Shown here: piece after piece, positions 23,801-37,389 of the stretch
Position numbering within the stretch: position 1 is the stretch's first letter
Layout of the letters: each line of letters starts with the position of its first letter
Assembly: GCF_964194025.1 (NCBI RefSeq)
Contig: NC_134480.1
Coordinates: 3,906,001 to 3,963,595 of the forward strand
DNA: 57,595 nt
Origin: Convolutriloba macropyga
Taxonomy: Eukaryota
Direction of reading: 5' to 3'
Translations under genes and position numbers: made by a program
Notes under the pieces: model-generated
Databases searched by the model: none
What the model was told of the DNA's origin: nothing
What the model saw: only the letters and a program-made list of their open reading frames with translations

Positions 23801-24495
23801 AATTTAACAATTTTATATCGACTTTTAACACTTTTTGTCAATTCAGGTAGTCTTAAAATTTTTTTTGTTTTTTTAAAGAAAATTGGTTTGTTCTGAAGCC
23901 GCGTAGGACAATCCAATGGATGAAAAGTGATCCCTGCGACACATTTCTGTATATTAGCCGCCCGTGCACAATTTGCTGTTGTATGTTAATTGAGCGATGT
24001 ACTAGGGAAATTACTAGAGAAGTTAAATTAGTAAGTGATTTATGCAGTTAATGTGAGTTTCAATAATAGAGTGATAGCTCGTCTGATGGAATTGGTGTTC
24101 AATGATTGCAAAAATTGTTACTTTGGTCAGTACCGATATCAGTTCTGTCGCAGTGGTAAATTAACCCAGACAACATTGTTATGTCAGTTTCATTGACTTT
24201 GCTCGAAGCCCGAGCTTTGTCTAATGAGTTGTCTGTTTTGCTTCTTGACACCTATCAACCTTGTGTCAGCAATAAATCAGGTATTAAATTAAACTTTAAA
24301 CTAAATATTTGACCTTGAAGTCCAATGTTGTTGGTACTGTATTTTATACTTAAGACACACTCCACCCACTTAATAAGAGCACCACTCATTCAACAACAAA
24401 CCAAAAAATTTTTTCATAAAACTCTTCATACTTGAAAATTTGACATAAAAAGTTCGTCCATTTCTTATAAAAGTCTCATTGTCAGTTTTTGTCTT

Positions 24496-25247
24496 TCAAA
24501 ACGTTCTCGGCTGGTTCAACTTGAAATTGTTGTACGCTTCTCCCGCTACATCATTTGACAGAATTTCGTAGGCCAAATTGATGGTCTTGAAGGACTCCTC
24601 GTCTCCCCCAGCATCAGGGTGAGTCAATAGGCTCATCTGGTTGAAATTTGTCTGGATTTGTTCTTAAGATGCATAACTCTTCACCAACAAGATCTCATAC
24701 AGCGTAGCAGGCCGATTGATTAAATTTTTGTTTCGTTTCTCGAAAAGACAATTTTCAGTCACCTTTGTTTCGGTTTTCTCGTTTTTCAATGATTTCTTTT
24801 GTCTGTCAATAACAGTATGTCTTTTTCGAGATTCGTTGGCCAAATATTGGTGGCAATACTCTATTTGCTGAAGCTCTGACTGCAAGATTTTTTCCTTTTC
24901 TTCAGTATATTTGAGGCTTCCCTCTTCCTTGCAGGATTGAATTCAAATTCAGCCAAATTCTGTTTGAATAAAATTGATGCTTTTCCTATTTGTCACTTCT
25001 GACGGCGGCTTCTCTTAGACCATGTCTTAGCCCTTCACACACTGTGCTTAGTTTGCCCATTCCTTCTTTGGTTGCCTAATGAGTTCCGTGGGCACCTTCC
25101 GAGTTCGAGATAGACAGGGTTCAAATCGCTATGCTCAAGGGGAAATCTCGGATGTATCCCACAACTCTGGCATGTAGTATTCTTGTTCACCGGTTTTTGG
25201 GGTGTCGTTGCCTGCTTTATTGAATGAAAAATTTTTTTGCTTCTCAT
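24496..25247 (-). pseudogene. Disrupted ORF ending in a C-terminal DnaJ (J) domain, preceded by a coiled-coil-like segment
   Basis: TLYEILLVKSYAS*EQIQTNFNQMSLLTHPDAGGDEESFKTINLAYEILSND..EAYN; HPD at 24613-24621; in-frame TAA at 24664-24666; upstream frameshifts. The 5' limit is uncertain. Confidence 0.8.
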
Positions 25248-28114
25248 AATTTATCAATTTTTGTGCTCTTGGACTCAAGACCTATTCAAATTTTTGGTCT
25301 TGACCTCAAAACGTTCTTTTTCTTTTTTTCCTTTTGGTGTCGTGTTCATTTTTTTGGTTTTGAGCTCAAGATCCACTCATAATTTTTCTATTTAAAAAAG
25401 TTTTGGTAAATCGCTTTCTCTGGGACTGGTAAGGCGTAAAGCTCTAAAGGATATCAAAGACACGAATGAAACGAATATAGTAGAACCAGTCAATGAAAAA
25501 ATTCAAAGAAATTAAGCAACTGAGCTCAAAAATCGTTTTTTCAGAAAATCAGCCTCCAATACAATAAAAAAACAAAAACCAAGATCGCCAGGTTAATCAA
25601 AACAATACAAATATTGAAGAAAGCAAGTCATTGATGTTAGAAAAAGTTATTGTAGTTATTATTCTCAAGATGCTCAACCAAAGATTTTTTTACACAATGG
25701 AAAGGTAGACAGCAATTTCCAATTTTGTTCAAAAAAACTCCAGACACAATAAAAGCGCAACACAAACGACATTTGGCCAAAAAACCAACCTTACGAATGT
25801 CATTGAAAACAAGTGGCATCAACGTCACTGAAATTTGCAACTAAATTTTCAATTCTTCAACTTCTGTTTGTTTGTTGCACTATCCATCATTAGAAAGAAT
25901 CAATCAATTTTAATGAAAAAAGTTGGGACCGCACAACAAATGCAGGCAACAAAATAGTCCCATTAAGTTTAATCCAATTAATTTATCAACCAAAATTTTT
26001 CTCAATAAAAATGTTTAAGCATGGCTTAATGCTAAGCAAATCAGACTTACCTCATCTTTAATGTAACTATCCGACAGGACAAAAATACAAACGGTCATAA
26101 TGCAAAAAAATGTTGAAAATTTTTTTAAAACAAGTCGTATCACACTCGTTAAATCCCGCAGCTTTGGATTTAAAAAAGTAGACGTACTCAAATATGCCTA
26201 ATAGAATGTGACTCATCATAATTCATAATTGACTACTCAGGAATAAAACAAAAAGCTAAAAAAAATGTCTGCAACCAAACAAAAACAATTTTGAAAGTAG
26301 GTGGTGTCAAAGTAGTTAAAGCTGATTGATATGAAAAAACTGTTGAATTGATAAAAATGGGACTCATAAATACGGGGCCCAGGACTGTACACAATAAGAT
26401 CAGACGACAGAACAAAAGAACTACAAAAGATGTAAGATTCCACAATAAATTGTTAATAAATTTTCATAATTGTTGGTGTCAATTTCGCTAAAAAATTTCA
26501 TTTTAGCCTAAATCGGTGAATTATTTAAAACATGGTTCAACAGAGCCATTGACGAACAAGACAACGAAAAGAATAACGAATTAGCGAAAATTACTCACTT
26601 TGGCTGCATGAAGAAAAATACTTGAAAATCTGAAAACCAATGGTCAGCTTTTGAGGGTTTTAAGCAATTGCAACTATGCATTATCAACAAAACAGACATT
26701 ATGCAATTTGCTCTGTATTTTTTCAGAAATTGAGACGAAAAACAGTGATTTCAGAAGCCAAACTATCGCACAAAAAAGTCTCTCTCCAAAAACGAAAATC
26801 TGTTTGAACATTTCCTCATTTCACATTAAAAGTAATTTGAAGAGAACACCAATAAATTTAAAATTCTTTGAGTTGTAAAATTCGGCTCCAATAATAGTGA
26901 AAAATGATTTCACGCACGCAATTCATTTCAAAAGTGCCCTAACGAATGAAAAAAAGCAGATGGTGGTAACAAATTCGTAACGACAAAAAGAAAAAAACCA
27001 CGAGAAGATCAAAAATGGCCTCAGATATCGCTTCACGGCCATCAATATGATAAACGTGTGTCATTGAACAAAAAACTTCTGGAAAGTATGTGACAAAGAT
27101 TCTAAGATAACCAGAAGCTTTTTCAAATACCATTGACGAAAAAATGCACGGAATCAATGGAAACATATGGACAAACCAGCAGCAGTTAAGACGATGTTAT
27201 TCCACTACACGATGTTATTCCACAGACGATGTTCTTCCCTTCAACAAAAATTGAGGGATTGTTTTTCAATGAGCAAAAATTTTGTTAATTTAACCTCAGT
27301 TTATGACATTATCACTCTATAATAATTATTCAACATCTTCATTTAAACTCATCTCCTGGAACTAGATCTTAAATCCAAATTCTATCAAGCCGAAAACCTA
27401 GATAACAACAGATAGGTTGAAGGCAAAAGTTCTTGTTCAGGAAAAAAATAAAATAACAGGGATTTTTGAACAAGGAAAAAATAAAAATTTGTTGGGTGTA
27501 TTAATTATGAATAAAATTATAATTGTAGTTTAAAATGAAAATAATCTCAAATTTTTTCCGTATTTGTTCACATTTACAAAGGAAAAACTTCGTGACTTAG
27601 GGGTGTGTTATAAGAACTTTAAATGCAACAAAGGATTGCAAGCAAACCTTTTGGTGATGGGAAATCTCTTATTTCAACCCAGAAACCTCAAAGATAACAA
27701 CAGATAAAATGGAGGGCAAAAACTCCTGTTCAGGGGAAAAAATTCCGGAAACTCCGCAATAAATATGAAAATTCGTTGGGTGCATAAAATGAATAAAAAT
27801 TTTGTAATTTAACGCTAAAACAAAAATATATATATATTTGCATTATAATCATTCTGTAGAATTTGGTTAACTTAGTGAAAGATAAGTGTGAATACTCTGT
27901 AAATAATTTGATTCATGGCTTTGCTTCACTGACAATGAACGCAAAACTCAAAAATGATTGTTTATATCAATCAAATTCATGTTTAATTGGCTTTTTTTCT
28001 TTGCAGAATTAGCAATAAGTTGCTATCATAAAAATTTTGTAGTTTTTATATCTAAGAAAAGAATACACTTTTCAATTCATCATGTTTTGAGATAAAAATA
28101 TTTTTTCAACAGTA

Positions 28115-31100
28115 TGTTACGCCACCTTCTTTTTTCAAACTACTTGAACCCCCTGTTGGGGCGAATCAGAAACAGCTACTTATGCCACGTAAGCAGAAAA
28201 AACTGTTAACCAAAATGAACAAAAGTTAAGAACTAACAATTACAAGTTGTTTTGCCAGCCAAGCAACTCGCGCCAGCACATAAACTCAGCAATAAAATTG
28301 TTGAAATAATATAGTCTTGAGCAGTATTTTTGTTACTGCGTCTTGCCAAAACCAAACACTTGAGCAGTATAATTGTTAAATTTATTCTCTGTCTTGATAC
28401 CAAAAAATTGACTTGAGCAATATTCTATCAAATACTGTGTCTTGTATCGAAAAACGTCTCGAGCAGTGAATCCAATATTCTGTGTACTGATTTCCAGTCT
28501 TCAACTCGTGAGTACTCTGCAAAAATCGCAACACACACACCCAAGATTAAGTTAGAAAACAAATTTTTAGAACACTTCTCAGGCATATAATTTTGCCTTT
28601 GATTTGTTTCATCAGAACGATTGAACTGGTAAACATATAGAGTTCCCGTATTGTGTGATCTGTGGACCCAGTTCAGTTGAGAAAAAAATCCAAAACTAAG
28701 TTAGTTAAATTAGCTAATGCAACGGTAAGTACAGCAGAACGGATATACAGTTAAAAAAGCAAACTGCATAAACGAAGTATCCGGACAGATTTTGTGACCA
28801 CTCAGAACGAACTGGGCGGTGTAAAGCTTTTTTTGTGACACACAAGGAGAGCAGCGGTTACATTTTGTCCGCCGACACGGACAGTGAAATAAACTGCTGT
28901 CCAACTCAACAAGTGAAGTGCCAAAGGCATCAACAAATAAAACAGAACTCAACAGGCAATTCAACGACGCAAAGATTTTTAGGCAAAGTGCATTAGAACT
29001 TGAATAGCAAGGCTTAACTAAAGCAAATAAACAAAAGTACTGTAGAGGATCAAGCTGCAGTCCCAAAGTACAAACGAAGTGACACCGTCACAGAGTCAAG
29101 ACATTTTGCATAGACAGATTAGCAACTGCCAATAACAACTCGAAGCAAAAACTCAGGAGGGCCAGGAGCTAATCAGAAACAACGATAGATCAAGCAAACT
29201 CAAGACCGTTTATCAACAGCTACTGGAGCTTGACGACTCTCTTTGCATTCTTCTGCGGAAGCGAGCAAATATTTTCGTGGTCCCGAATTGTTTGAACGTT
29301 ACGAAGCCCAACGACTAATTTTGTTACAAACTTCAAACGCAGATTGGTTGCCATACATTCACGGAGAAACAAATATGACGGATCAACAGAATCAAACCAC
29401 AAAATTGACAAGCGATGAAGAACCAACTGCCGCTAAGTCTTCTTAGTCTGTTGTAGGATATTCTCAACTAACTGCTTAACATGGAAACCCAATCAGGGAC
29501 AATGATTCAGAGGCCTCCTCTGGTAAACGAGCTAAAAAAGCAGAAAAACTTGCGGCTTTAGAAAAAGACTTTGCATCAAAAATGATGTTGAAGAAAATTG
29601 AATTCGAATTGAAAAGGAAAGAGCTTGAAATGGAGATGCAACTTTTTGAAAGAGAAGGTGCACCGAAACTGGAATAAGAGAATGTAGCTGTTGACACAAG
29701 AGCATCAGATTCTGATGATAGAGCTGCCCCTAGTATTCGAAGTAGATCACCATTCAATTGGAAAACTCCGAAGAACAAAGATGTTTCCGGTTGGCTCGAT
29801 AACTCGGATAAATTCTCCAACTTGCACGATTATAGTTTCGAGCTTGCGAAAACTAGGATCGACAACAATTATCTCAGGGTAAGCTTCAATAGCGAAAGTG
29901 TACTTAAGTCACGCTCACCGAGTGGAGAGCGTGATAGCGCAGCCAGGGAACAAGACAAGTTTAAGCGCAATAAACCAAGCAGTAGTAGTCAGCTACCTAA
30001 GTTGAAGTTGAGTTCTTTCGACGGAAACCCCCTAGAGTGGCCGGAATGGTTGAATATGTTCAAAGCAACTGTTCACCATCGCGATATACCTGACTCAGAG
30101 AAGAAGAGCCTCTTGAAAATTTGTTGACAGGTAAAGCAAAGCTATATCAGGAATGGGCTATTCGGGAGAGTTCTACGCTCAAGCGCGGGAACTCTTGGGG
30201 CGGAGGTTTGGGCGAGCTTACCTAATTGTCGACGCTCAGCTTAACACATTGCGTAAAAAACAACCAATTCGAATGCACGACTCAACGGCTATAATTAATT
30301 ACTCAATATCGATCAGCAACCTAGTTAATGTACTGAAGCAAAACAATTATGAGGGCAACCTGCGTTCAATTTCAACACTGCAAGTGGCAATTGAAAAACT
30401 TCCCCCAAACTTGAAAGAAAAGTGGTTCTTCTTCGTTGAAAAGTGTCAAGAAGATAGACCCGATCTCACTCTCCTTGAAAAATTGTTAGCTCGAAAGGTT
30501 TTTATCCATGAAGGAATGCCATCAACCAAGAGTGAACGAAAGGAAGATGATCGACCAAAAGCTAACAAGGAAAAATGTTTCATAAAATCGTAAGATGTTA
30601 GTGCGAGATCGAATGCGAACGAAACGAAGCAAATGCAAAACAACAACTGTCCATTAGCGGATGGCACTAATAAAATATGGAACTGTCCAATATTTAAGAA
30701 TATGAATGTCACCGATCACTGTGCATCAGTGAGAAAAAAGCTTATGTTATGGATGTCTGGGGAAAGGGCATGCAATCAAAGGTTGAAAAGTCCACCCGTG
30801 CGGTATAAATGGATATACCAAAAAGCACAACAGATTGCTACACTTAGAAAATCAAGTGGACGGGGGTAGTCACGCAGTTAACGTAAGCGCAGCAATTAAC
30901 CAATCAACCAGAGTAACCAACTTACTAGATTTCTTCAAATAGCTCCGGTATCGGTTCAGAGCAGTGGTAATAGGCTGACTACCTACGCTTTCCTCGATAG
31001 TGGGTCAACAGTATCATTCATCGATCAAAGTGTCAAGGATCAACTACAAGCCAAAGGCACGGACATTACCTTGAACATAGCTGGAATACACGGGACGCAA

Positions 31101-34100
31101 GATTTGAGGACAGAGAAGGTTCCTATCACAATAAAGGGACTACATTCTAAGGTGCATTCGATTGAAGCGTTTAAACACCCATCAATCTCGTTGGGAAACA
31201 CAACATATGATTACAAAGAACTGAAGAACAACTTCAGACACCTGAATGTTCTCACTAACAGAACATTCAAACTGATGGAAGTAGGCATCATACTTGGACA
31301 AGATGCTACGAAATTCAACGTCCATTGGAATATAAGATTGGAACACGATGTGAACCTTTCGCCGTCTTAACAGAATTAGGATGGGTAGTCAGTGGTCCCA
31401 TGACTGGCAAGAAAAGTCAAAATGTTTGTCAGTTTGCCTCCACAGAAGATGTGAAAGTGGCAGAAAATATCCAATCATGGAGGGACATAGAAACGTATGC
31501 TTCCAAAATAAATGTTGTAAGTCAATCAAAGAAAGAGCAGCAAACTCAGACGTTTCTAGAGAGCACAAAAAAGTTTACAAGCAAGCGATACGAAGTGGGC
31601 ATGCTCTGGAGTGAACCAGAACCCAATCTTTCCAAAAACTACAGCTCAGCCCTTGGTCGACTCTACTCACTGGAACGAAGTTTCCAACGAGACCCAAATC
31701 TAAAAGAATTGTATCAACAGTCAATTGATAGAGATGTTGAAAAGGGATTTGTGAAGCTCCTTGGTAAATCGGAAGTCAAAGGTAATTTTGGAAAGGAATT
31801 GTATTTGCCACACCATTAAACCCCATCAAACCGGGTAAAGTTCGCCGTGTTTGCAACGCTGCAGCAAAGTACACAGATATATGCCTAAATGACAAAATGT
31901 TAGCCGGACCCGATCTACTACACGGATTGATCGGAACAATATTAAGATTTTGAGAAGGACCAATAGCCCTCACCGCAGATATTGAATCAATGTTTCTGCA
32001 AGTGCAAGTTCCTGAACGGGATAAAAGCTGCCTGAGATTCCTGTGGCGACCAACAATGAACGAACCTTTGAAAATTTACGAGTATCAACTTCATGCTTTG
32101 GAGCAAAAGTACACCAACATGTTTTAACTACGTTCTGAAGCGTGTAGCCATCAAAAACGAGGACGAGTTCCCAATTGCAGCAAAAACAATCCAAATCAAC
32201 TTTAACATGGACGATTTCATCAAGTCAGTCAAAAAACCTGAGGAAGCAATCACGGTTTTCAAACAACTGCAACCTCTTCTCTCCAAACATGGATTTAAAC
32301 GGAAGAAGTGGATCACTAACACCGACGTGGTAACCAACGCAATCCCAGAGGACTTGAGATCAATCAGCAACACAAAGCAGCTTGAAGTAGAACCCGACAA
32401 GGAAGGATCATCCGTGCTTGTGCTTCAATGGACGATTATCGATGATAGTTTAGAGGTTTGTAGAGGTACAAGCAAAGAGGTTGAGAACCCAATCACCCAA
32501 AGGAAGATCTTATCTCTAGTTTCTTCAGTGTTTGATCTTCTTGGACAGTTTGCACCATTCAGTGTTCATATGAGACGACTCCTGAAATGCATCTGGACAA
32601 AAATGGAAAACATTGGGACAACTCAGTGGAACCTAACGAAAAAGAGGACTTTCTGAAATGTAAAGACCAGCTTCCAGAAGTAGCAGAAACCAGCATTGAT
32701 ATAAGATACTTCAGCACAGCCAAAGACAAATGGGAACTTCAAGTGTTTGCCGACGCATCAGAAGACAAAATGTGCGCAGTGGCATACCTACGTAATTGTA
32801 ATCGGAAAGTGCAGAGTTGCACCGATGCAACACCTTTCCATACCACGCTTGGAACTACAAGCAGCAGTGATGGCAGTGAGACTTAAAGAACAGATAGTGA
32901 AGGAACACGAAACGAAGATTCACAGTTGTAATTTTTGGACAGACTTCACTACTGTTCTGCAATGTTTTCATAGCTCCCACCGTAAGCAACAAGTGTTTGT
33001 TGCAAAAAGAGTGGCTGAGATTTTGGATACAACTAATGTTTCACAGTGGAAGCATGTGAGTGGTATTAACAATCCAGCTGACATCGGGACACAGGCGATC
33101 AATGTTGACGAACTTAAGAGAAGTGAATGGCTCACTGGGCCGGCCTGGTTGAAAAAACGAGAGAACGAATGGCCTGAACAGATGAATTTACCATTTGCTT
33201 TAGACGAACAAAACGTCCAAATGGTCTACTCAGCAAAGGTTGAAGAGAAGAAGCCGGTGATTCAGTGGGAACGATTCAACAATTTTAATTGGCTTGTAAA
33301 TACAGTGGCATTCGTACAGCGCGTATTTAGAAAACACAAACCGGCAACAAAAACACTAATTGTCGAAGAAAGAGAGGGTGCACAAGCAATAATTTTCAGA
33401 CTACCGCAGCAAAAACAGTTTGCTGAAGAGATAAAAATCTCTCAAGACTGAAAACGAAATTCTAAAGAACAGCAAAATCCTCCAGTTTTCACCATTCATA
33501 GACCAGCATGGACTTATTTGTGCTCAAGGCAGAATAGGTAAAAGTCAATTGAACTTCGAAACCAAGCATTCAATAACGTTACATTGGAAGCACCATGTAG
33601 TTGAATTATTCTGGCAAAATTAACATAAGAATAGTCATCACGAAGGTACATAGTTCAGCAGAAACTCTGGATCCTAGGCATACGAAATGCTTTGAGATCG
33701 ATCAAAAACAAATGCTTCAGAGGTTGAAAGGGAAGAGCCCAAACAAAGGCACCAGTAATGGCAGATCTACCTGAAGAACGATTAGTCGCATCAACAGTGT
33801 TCTCGAATGTGGGCGTAGACTATTTTGAACCATTCACAGTAAAGATTGGTCGAAGAAACGAAAAGCGTTTGTGCTGTCTATTCACCTGCCTTACTGTACG
33901 AGCGGTACATATAGAGATTGTACCAAAACTAGACACTGATAGTTGTCTGAACGCAAATCTGCGATTCATTGCTCGAAGAGGCAAAACCGGTCAAAATGAT
34001 TCGTGATAACAGGACAAACTTCGTTGGAGCAGAAAAGGAATTGGCAGAGTATATAGCAGCATGGAACACGGAGCAAATTGAAGAACATCTAATTCAACAA

Positions 34101-34385
34101 GGTATCAGATGGAATTCAACCCACCTGCAGCACCACACTTTGGAGGAGTGTGGGAAAGACTGGTTAGGAGTTGCAAGAAGGCAATGTACGCAGTGCTGAG
34201 CAATCGATCAGTCACGGAAGATGTTCTGTCAACCACGATGTGTCTTGTTGAACAGAAGCTGACTGATAGACCGCGGACACCGGTCAGTTCTGATGCTACC
34301 GATTTAGAAGCTATTACTCCAAATCATTTCCTGCTTGGCAACAGGAACCTTAGTTTACCGTATCTATCAGGTGCAGAGCATGAAA
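28115..34385 (+). mobile_element. BEL/Pao LTR retrotransposon, decayed and 3'-truncated (putative 5' LTR from ~28115, gag, PR, RT, RNase H, IN)
   Basis: LPKLKLSSFDGNPLEWPEW (DUF1759-type gag), Cys/His knuckles ~30645-30845, AFLDSGS protease, ADIESMFLQV and NMDDF RT, VFADASE RNase H, SIPRLELQAA, NPADIGT, VGVDYF, PHFGGVWERLVRSCK, AITPNHFL. LTR limits are tentative; no 3' LTR seen. Confidence 0.93.
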
Positions 34386-35039
34386 TTTAGTGACAAAAAC
34401 AAAGGTGGAACAAAGATTGAGCAATTTCTAGATGTCTATAAAAGGAAGAATTGACTGTTTGGAGTTCCTGTAGGTTTACATTTTTCTAAATTGCATCGTT
34501 GGATTTTGAGTGTCGCATTTCTAATCTCAAAGTATTTCAGTTTTTTACTCAATAACACGCAGCAATCGACTTACAAAAGTAATAAATGTGGTTTACTTCT
34601 ATCAATATACAGAATTTTCAATAAAATTTAAAGAATAGTAAACACTTCTGGTCAATTTGTAACAGCATCGTCTACTAAATTTTTAAAGCTTTTTTCGAGT
34701 AGAACGTTGATCAAAACTTTCTTGATTATACTCTCCTAGCATAAAAGTTGACAACAAATAAGATGCCAAAATTGATTAGAATTGAAACAATTTTTTCATG
34801 AAAAGCACAAAAAAATCACCTTTCAAACCATTTTACCAGCTCAACAATTTGAAAAATTAAATCGCGTAAAAATTGAAGAAAAATTCGTCAATTAATAAAC
34901 AAAGACACTTTGAGTCATGTCATACATTCTATAAGTAAAATAATAAACTCGACAAGTGGTAGGTGCATTTTATTAAAAAACTTAAATATAGAGGATGTGA
35001 GATACTGTTACATTGTTAAACGTCAATTTTAACAAAAAA

Positions 35040-35650
35040 AAATTTGGAGGCGAACGAGCGCGCAAAGTCTCTAATGGCAAAAAAATCAATTGTTTCGAAT
35101 CGTTGAAAAAGCGCAATGACACATTAATATTTAAAGTGTAACGGAAATTTAATCTTTCTAGACATAACTACCTTCATTTCTCAATAATTATATCTTTTCA
35201 TTTGCTTCAGTGTAGTCAATTGCGCAACTTTAACTTTGTATAATAAGAAAGTTTAAAGTGAAAAATATAGTGAATAGAGCAGAAAAAATGTGATGATTTA
35301 CGGTGAAAATTCATTGTAAAGATTCTGAGGTTCCGTGACATCTGTACACTTCTACTATAACAAAAGATTTAGTTTTTTTGAAGTGAAAGAGCTTGCAAAA
35401 ACTCTAAAAGCAAAAAATCAATTGTTTGCGATGCGTTGAAACAAAGAAATGCAAAGTTGCAATAAAATTTTAATGGTTACGGAAGTTTAATATTTCTTCG
35501 CAAAACTCCCAGCATTTTTCAAGAAGTTGATCTTTTCATTTGCTTCAGCATAGTCAAATGTGCAATCTTGTATCATCAAAATTTAAAGTGCAAAATAAGG
35601 AGAATGCAGCAGACCATATTTGATGAATTACAGGTAAAATACATTAAAAA
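35040..35650. repeat. Diverged tandem duplication with a period of about 335 bp
   Basis: AAAAAATCAATTGTTT, ACGGAA.TTTAAT and ATCTTTTCATTTGCTTCAG each recur at about this spacing. Confidence 0.75.
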
Positions 35651-36283
35651 CTGAGCTTAAATATTGGCGAAAACTACAGTCGATTACAAATCGCTGTTTT
35701 TACATAAATAAATTATACTGTAACAGATATTGATATCAACATAAAACATATATCTTATGATATATGATATCAACATAAACATATAATGCTCAACCATGCA
35801 TTTTTCTCAAACCTCTGCTTTAGGGAACATGTAAGAGTCGGTTCCGTCAAATGACTCGAAGTCCGGAAACAATTATATGGATCAAAACTGTTCTGTTGTT
35901 GCAATAAAATTACTGTTCTGCTGTGAGTGGTCAAAACCGAGATTACCAGAGGTATTGAACATAAATTTAACCTTCCAAGTTACCCAAAAATTACTGCTTT
36001 CCTCTAAGAAACCAGTTACCATCTAGGTGAGAACAATAGAGCACATTGTTGAAGGATGAATGAAATTCATCCAAAAAAAAGGTGAACTTTGACTCTCAAA
36101 GTATATTTAGGTTATTTACCCAAATAAACGCACCAATCGACTTTAAAACAAAAATAAATGTGGTTAGTATCCATACACAGAAACCTGTTGTAGCGCTATT
36201 CAAGACCTCTCCGACAAAATCGAACTTAACAAATTGTTTCGGTGTTTTTCTTTTTTTGAGAAAATAATTTGGGAAAATAATAA

Positions 36284-37025
36284 CTTATTAAAGAGTTACA
36301 CATGAGTCTGGAACCGTTCAATCTATTTTCGAACACTCAAAAGAAGATCCAAGAAGCAGTTGATAAAGATAAATCTGCTGCCCTAATAAGAAATCAAACG
36401 TCAGCCAGGGAAAAAGCAAGACTCCAATCACTATGCCTGCCTCATTCTGGCGCGTGGCTCGCTCCGCCTCCAATTCCCGCTCCAGGTCTATAACTTTTGG
36501 CTAAAAATTTTCACGTCGGTGTCAAGTACAGGCTCGGGATCGCGGTTTATGATCAGGAAATAAAATGTCCTTATTAAATGTCGGGTACATTGAACACATT
36601 TGGTAACCATGCAGTTGCCTGCCACGGAAGGGGAGATGCAAGTTTAAGGCACGATAGAAGTCGCGATCGTATAGCTTCAGCCTGTTCAGCAGCTAATTTG
36701 TCCCCACCAATTGAAAAACGCAACCTCATCGCGGAAAATAAATCACGCCAAGGAGACGACTCTCAGCCTTCTGGGAAATCTGGCCAATCAGCTGCTACAT
36801 TACTTCTCATGCGGCAGAGAAGTCAGGCTATGATATTGAAGCTGCAGAAGATCAAAAATATGCTCAGTATGAAAATAGCTGTGCTCAACAAAGAATTTTG
36901 ATCGTTCCTCTGCCAATCAAAGTTTTGGGCGGTCTGTCGAGGACTCTGAAGAAGGCTTCACTGCATATGTCGTTGTTAGCTGATAGCAGAAAATGACAGT
37001 CAGTGGGACATTCCGTTGCCTTGCG
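36284..37025 (+). mobile_element. CRE-clade non-LTR retrotransposon, 3' fragment (CCHC finger + restriction-like endonuclease)
   Basis: HSGAWL, KCP...LNTFGNHAVAC...LRHDR.RD, SRQGD, IVPLPIKVLGG; 36284-36601 duplicates ~38470-38790. Confidence 0.8.
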
Positions 37026-37389
37026 TTATGTTAACCAAGTTAATTTTTTTTGCTTTCTGATCAAGCTATGCAACGAGTATTAAATTGCTCGCATAAACTT
37101 TCAATACAAAGTTTTTGGATTTTGAGGGCTTTTCGACGACATTGCATCCAATGCGTTCCAATTCATTGATAATGTAGTTTATGAACAAATGAAGACATTC
37201 AGCACGCACGCTGCAGCAAGTCCCTCTAAGGTGTTTCCAGAACATCTTCTGCAGCAGTAGACTGCACTGCACCTGATCGGTCTGAGTTTGCTCTGAAAGC
37301 GATAACACAGTTTGTAAACTTTGGTAGCAGGGGACTCTTTCCTGCTTTTGTTTCCTAAGCACACTGCTGCGCTTCACTCACGGCTTTAT

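Larger units (their letters stand above)
21500..23860. mobile_element. Penelope-like retroelement locus (RT + GIY-YIG), inverted and chimeric, decayed
   Basis: Minus 22620->21995: SLDEKSLYTNVPV, LAMGASLA, LRYVDDI. Plus 22660->23526: FTIEK, AFLDMNI, WYKKPTGTG, VYELSC...YVGQT, IEALHI..KPQVNTRDEYKSRELSLKY*. A second C-terminus, KPAINTRDEYRTRELTLKA*, lies on minus at ~21990->21920. Confidence 0.88.

Noticed and set aside
21985-23825. TATCGAC near both ends as a Penelope TSD
   Set aside because: Only 7 bp and the element boundaries are uncertain; could be chance.
25490-26450. Decayed plus-strand ORF-like sequence
   Set aside because: Many stops and no identifiable motif; not annotated.
27190-27240. 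ACGATGTTATTCCAC repeated three times
   Set aside because: Simple slippage repeat with no further structure.
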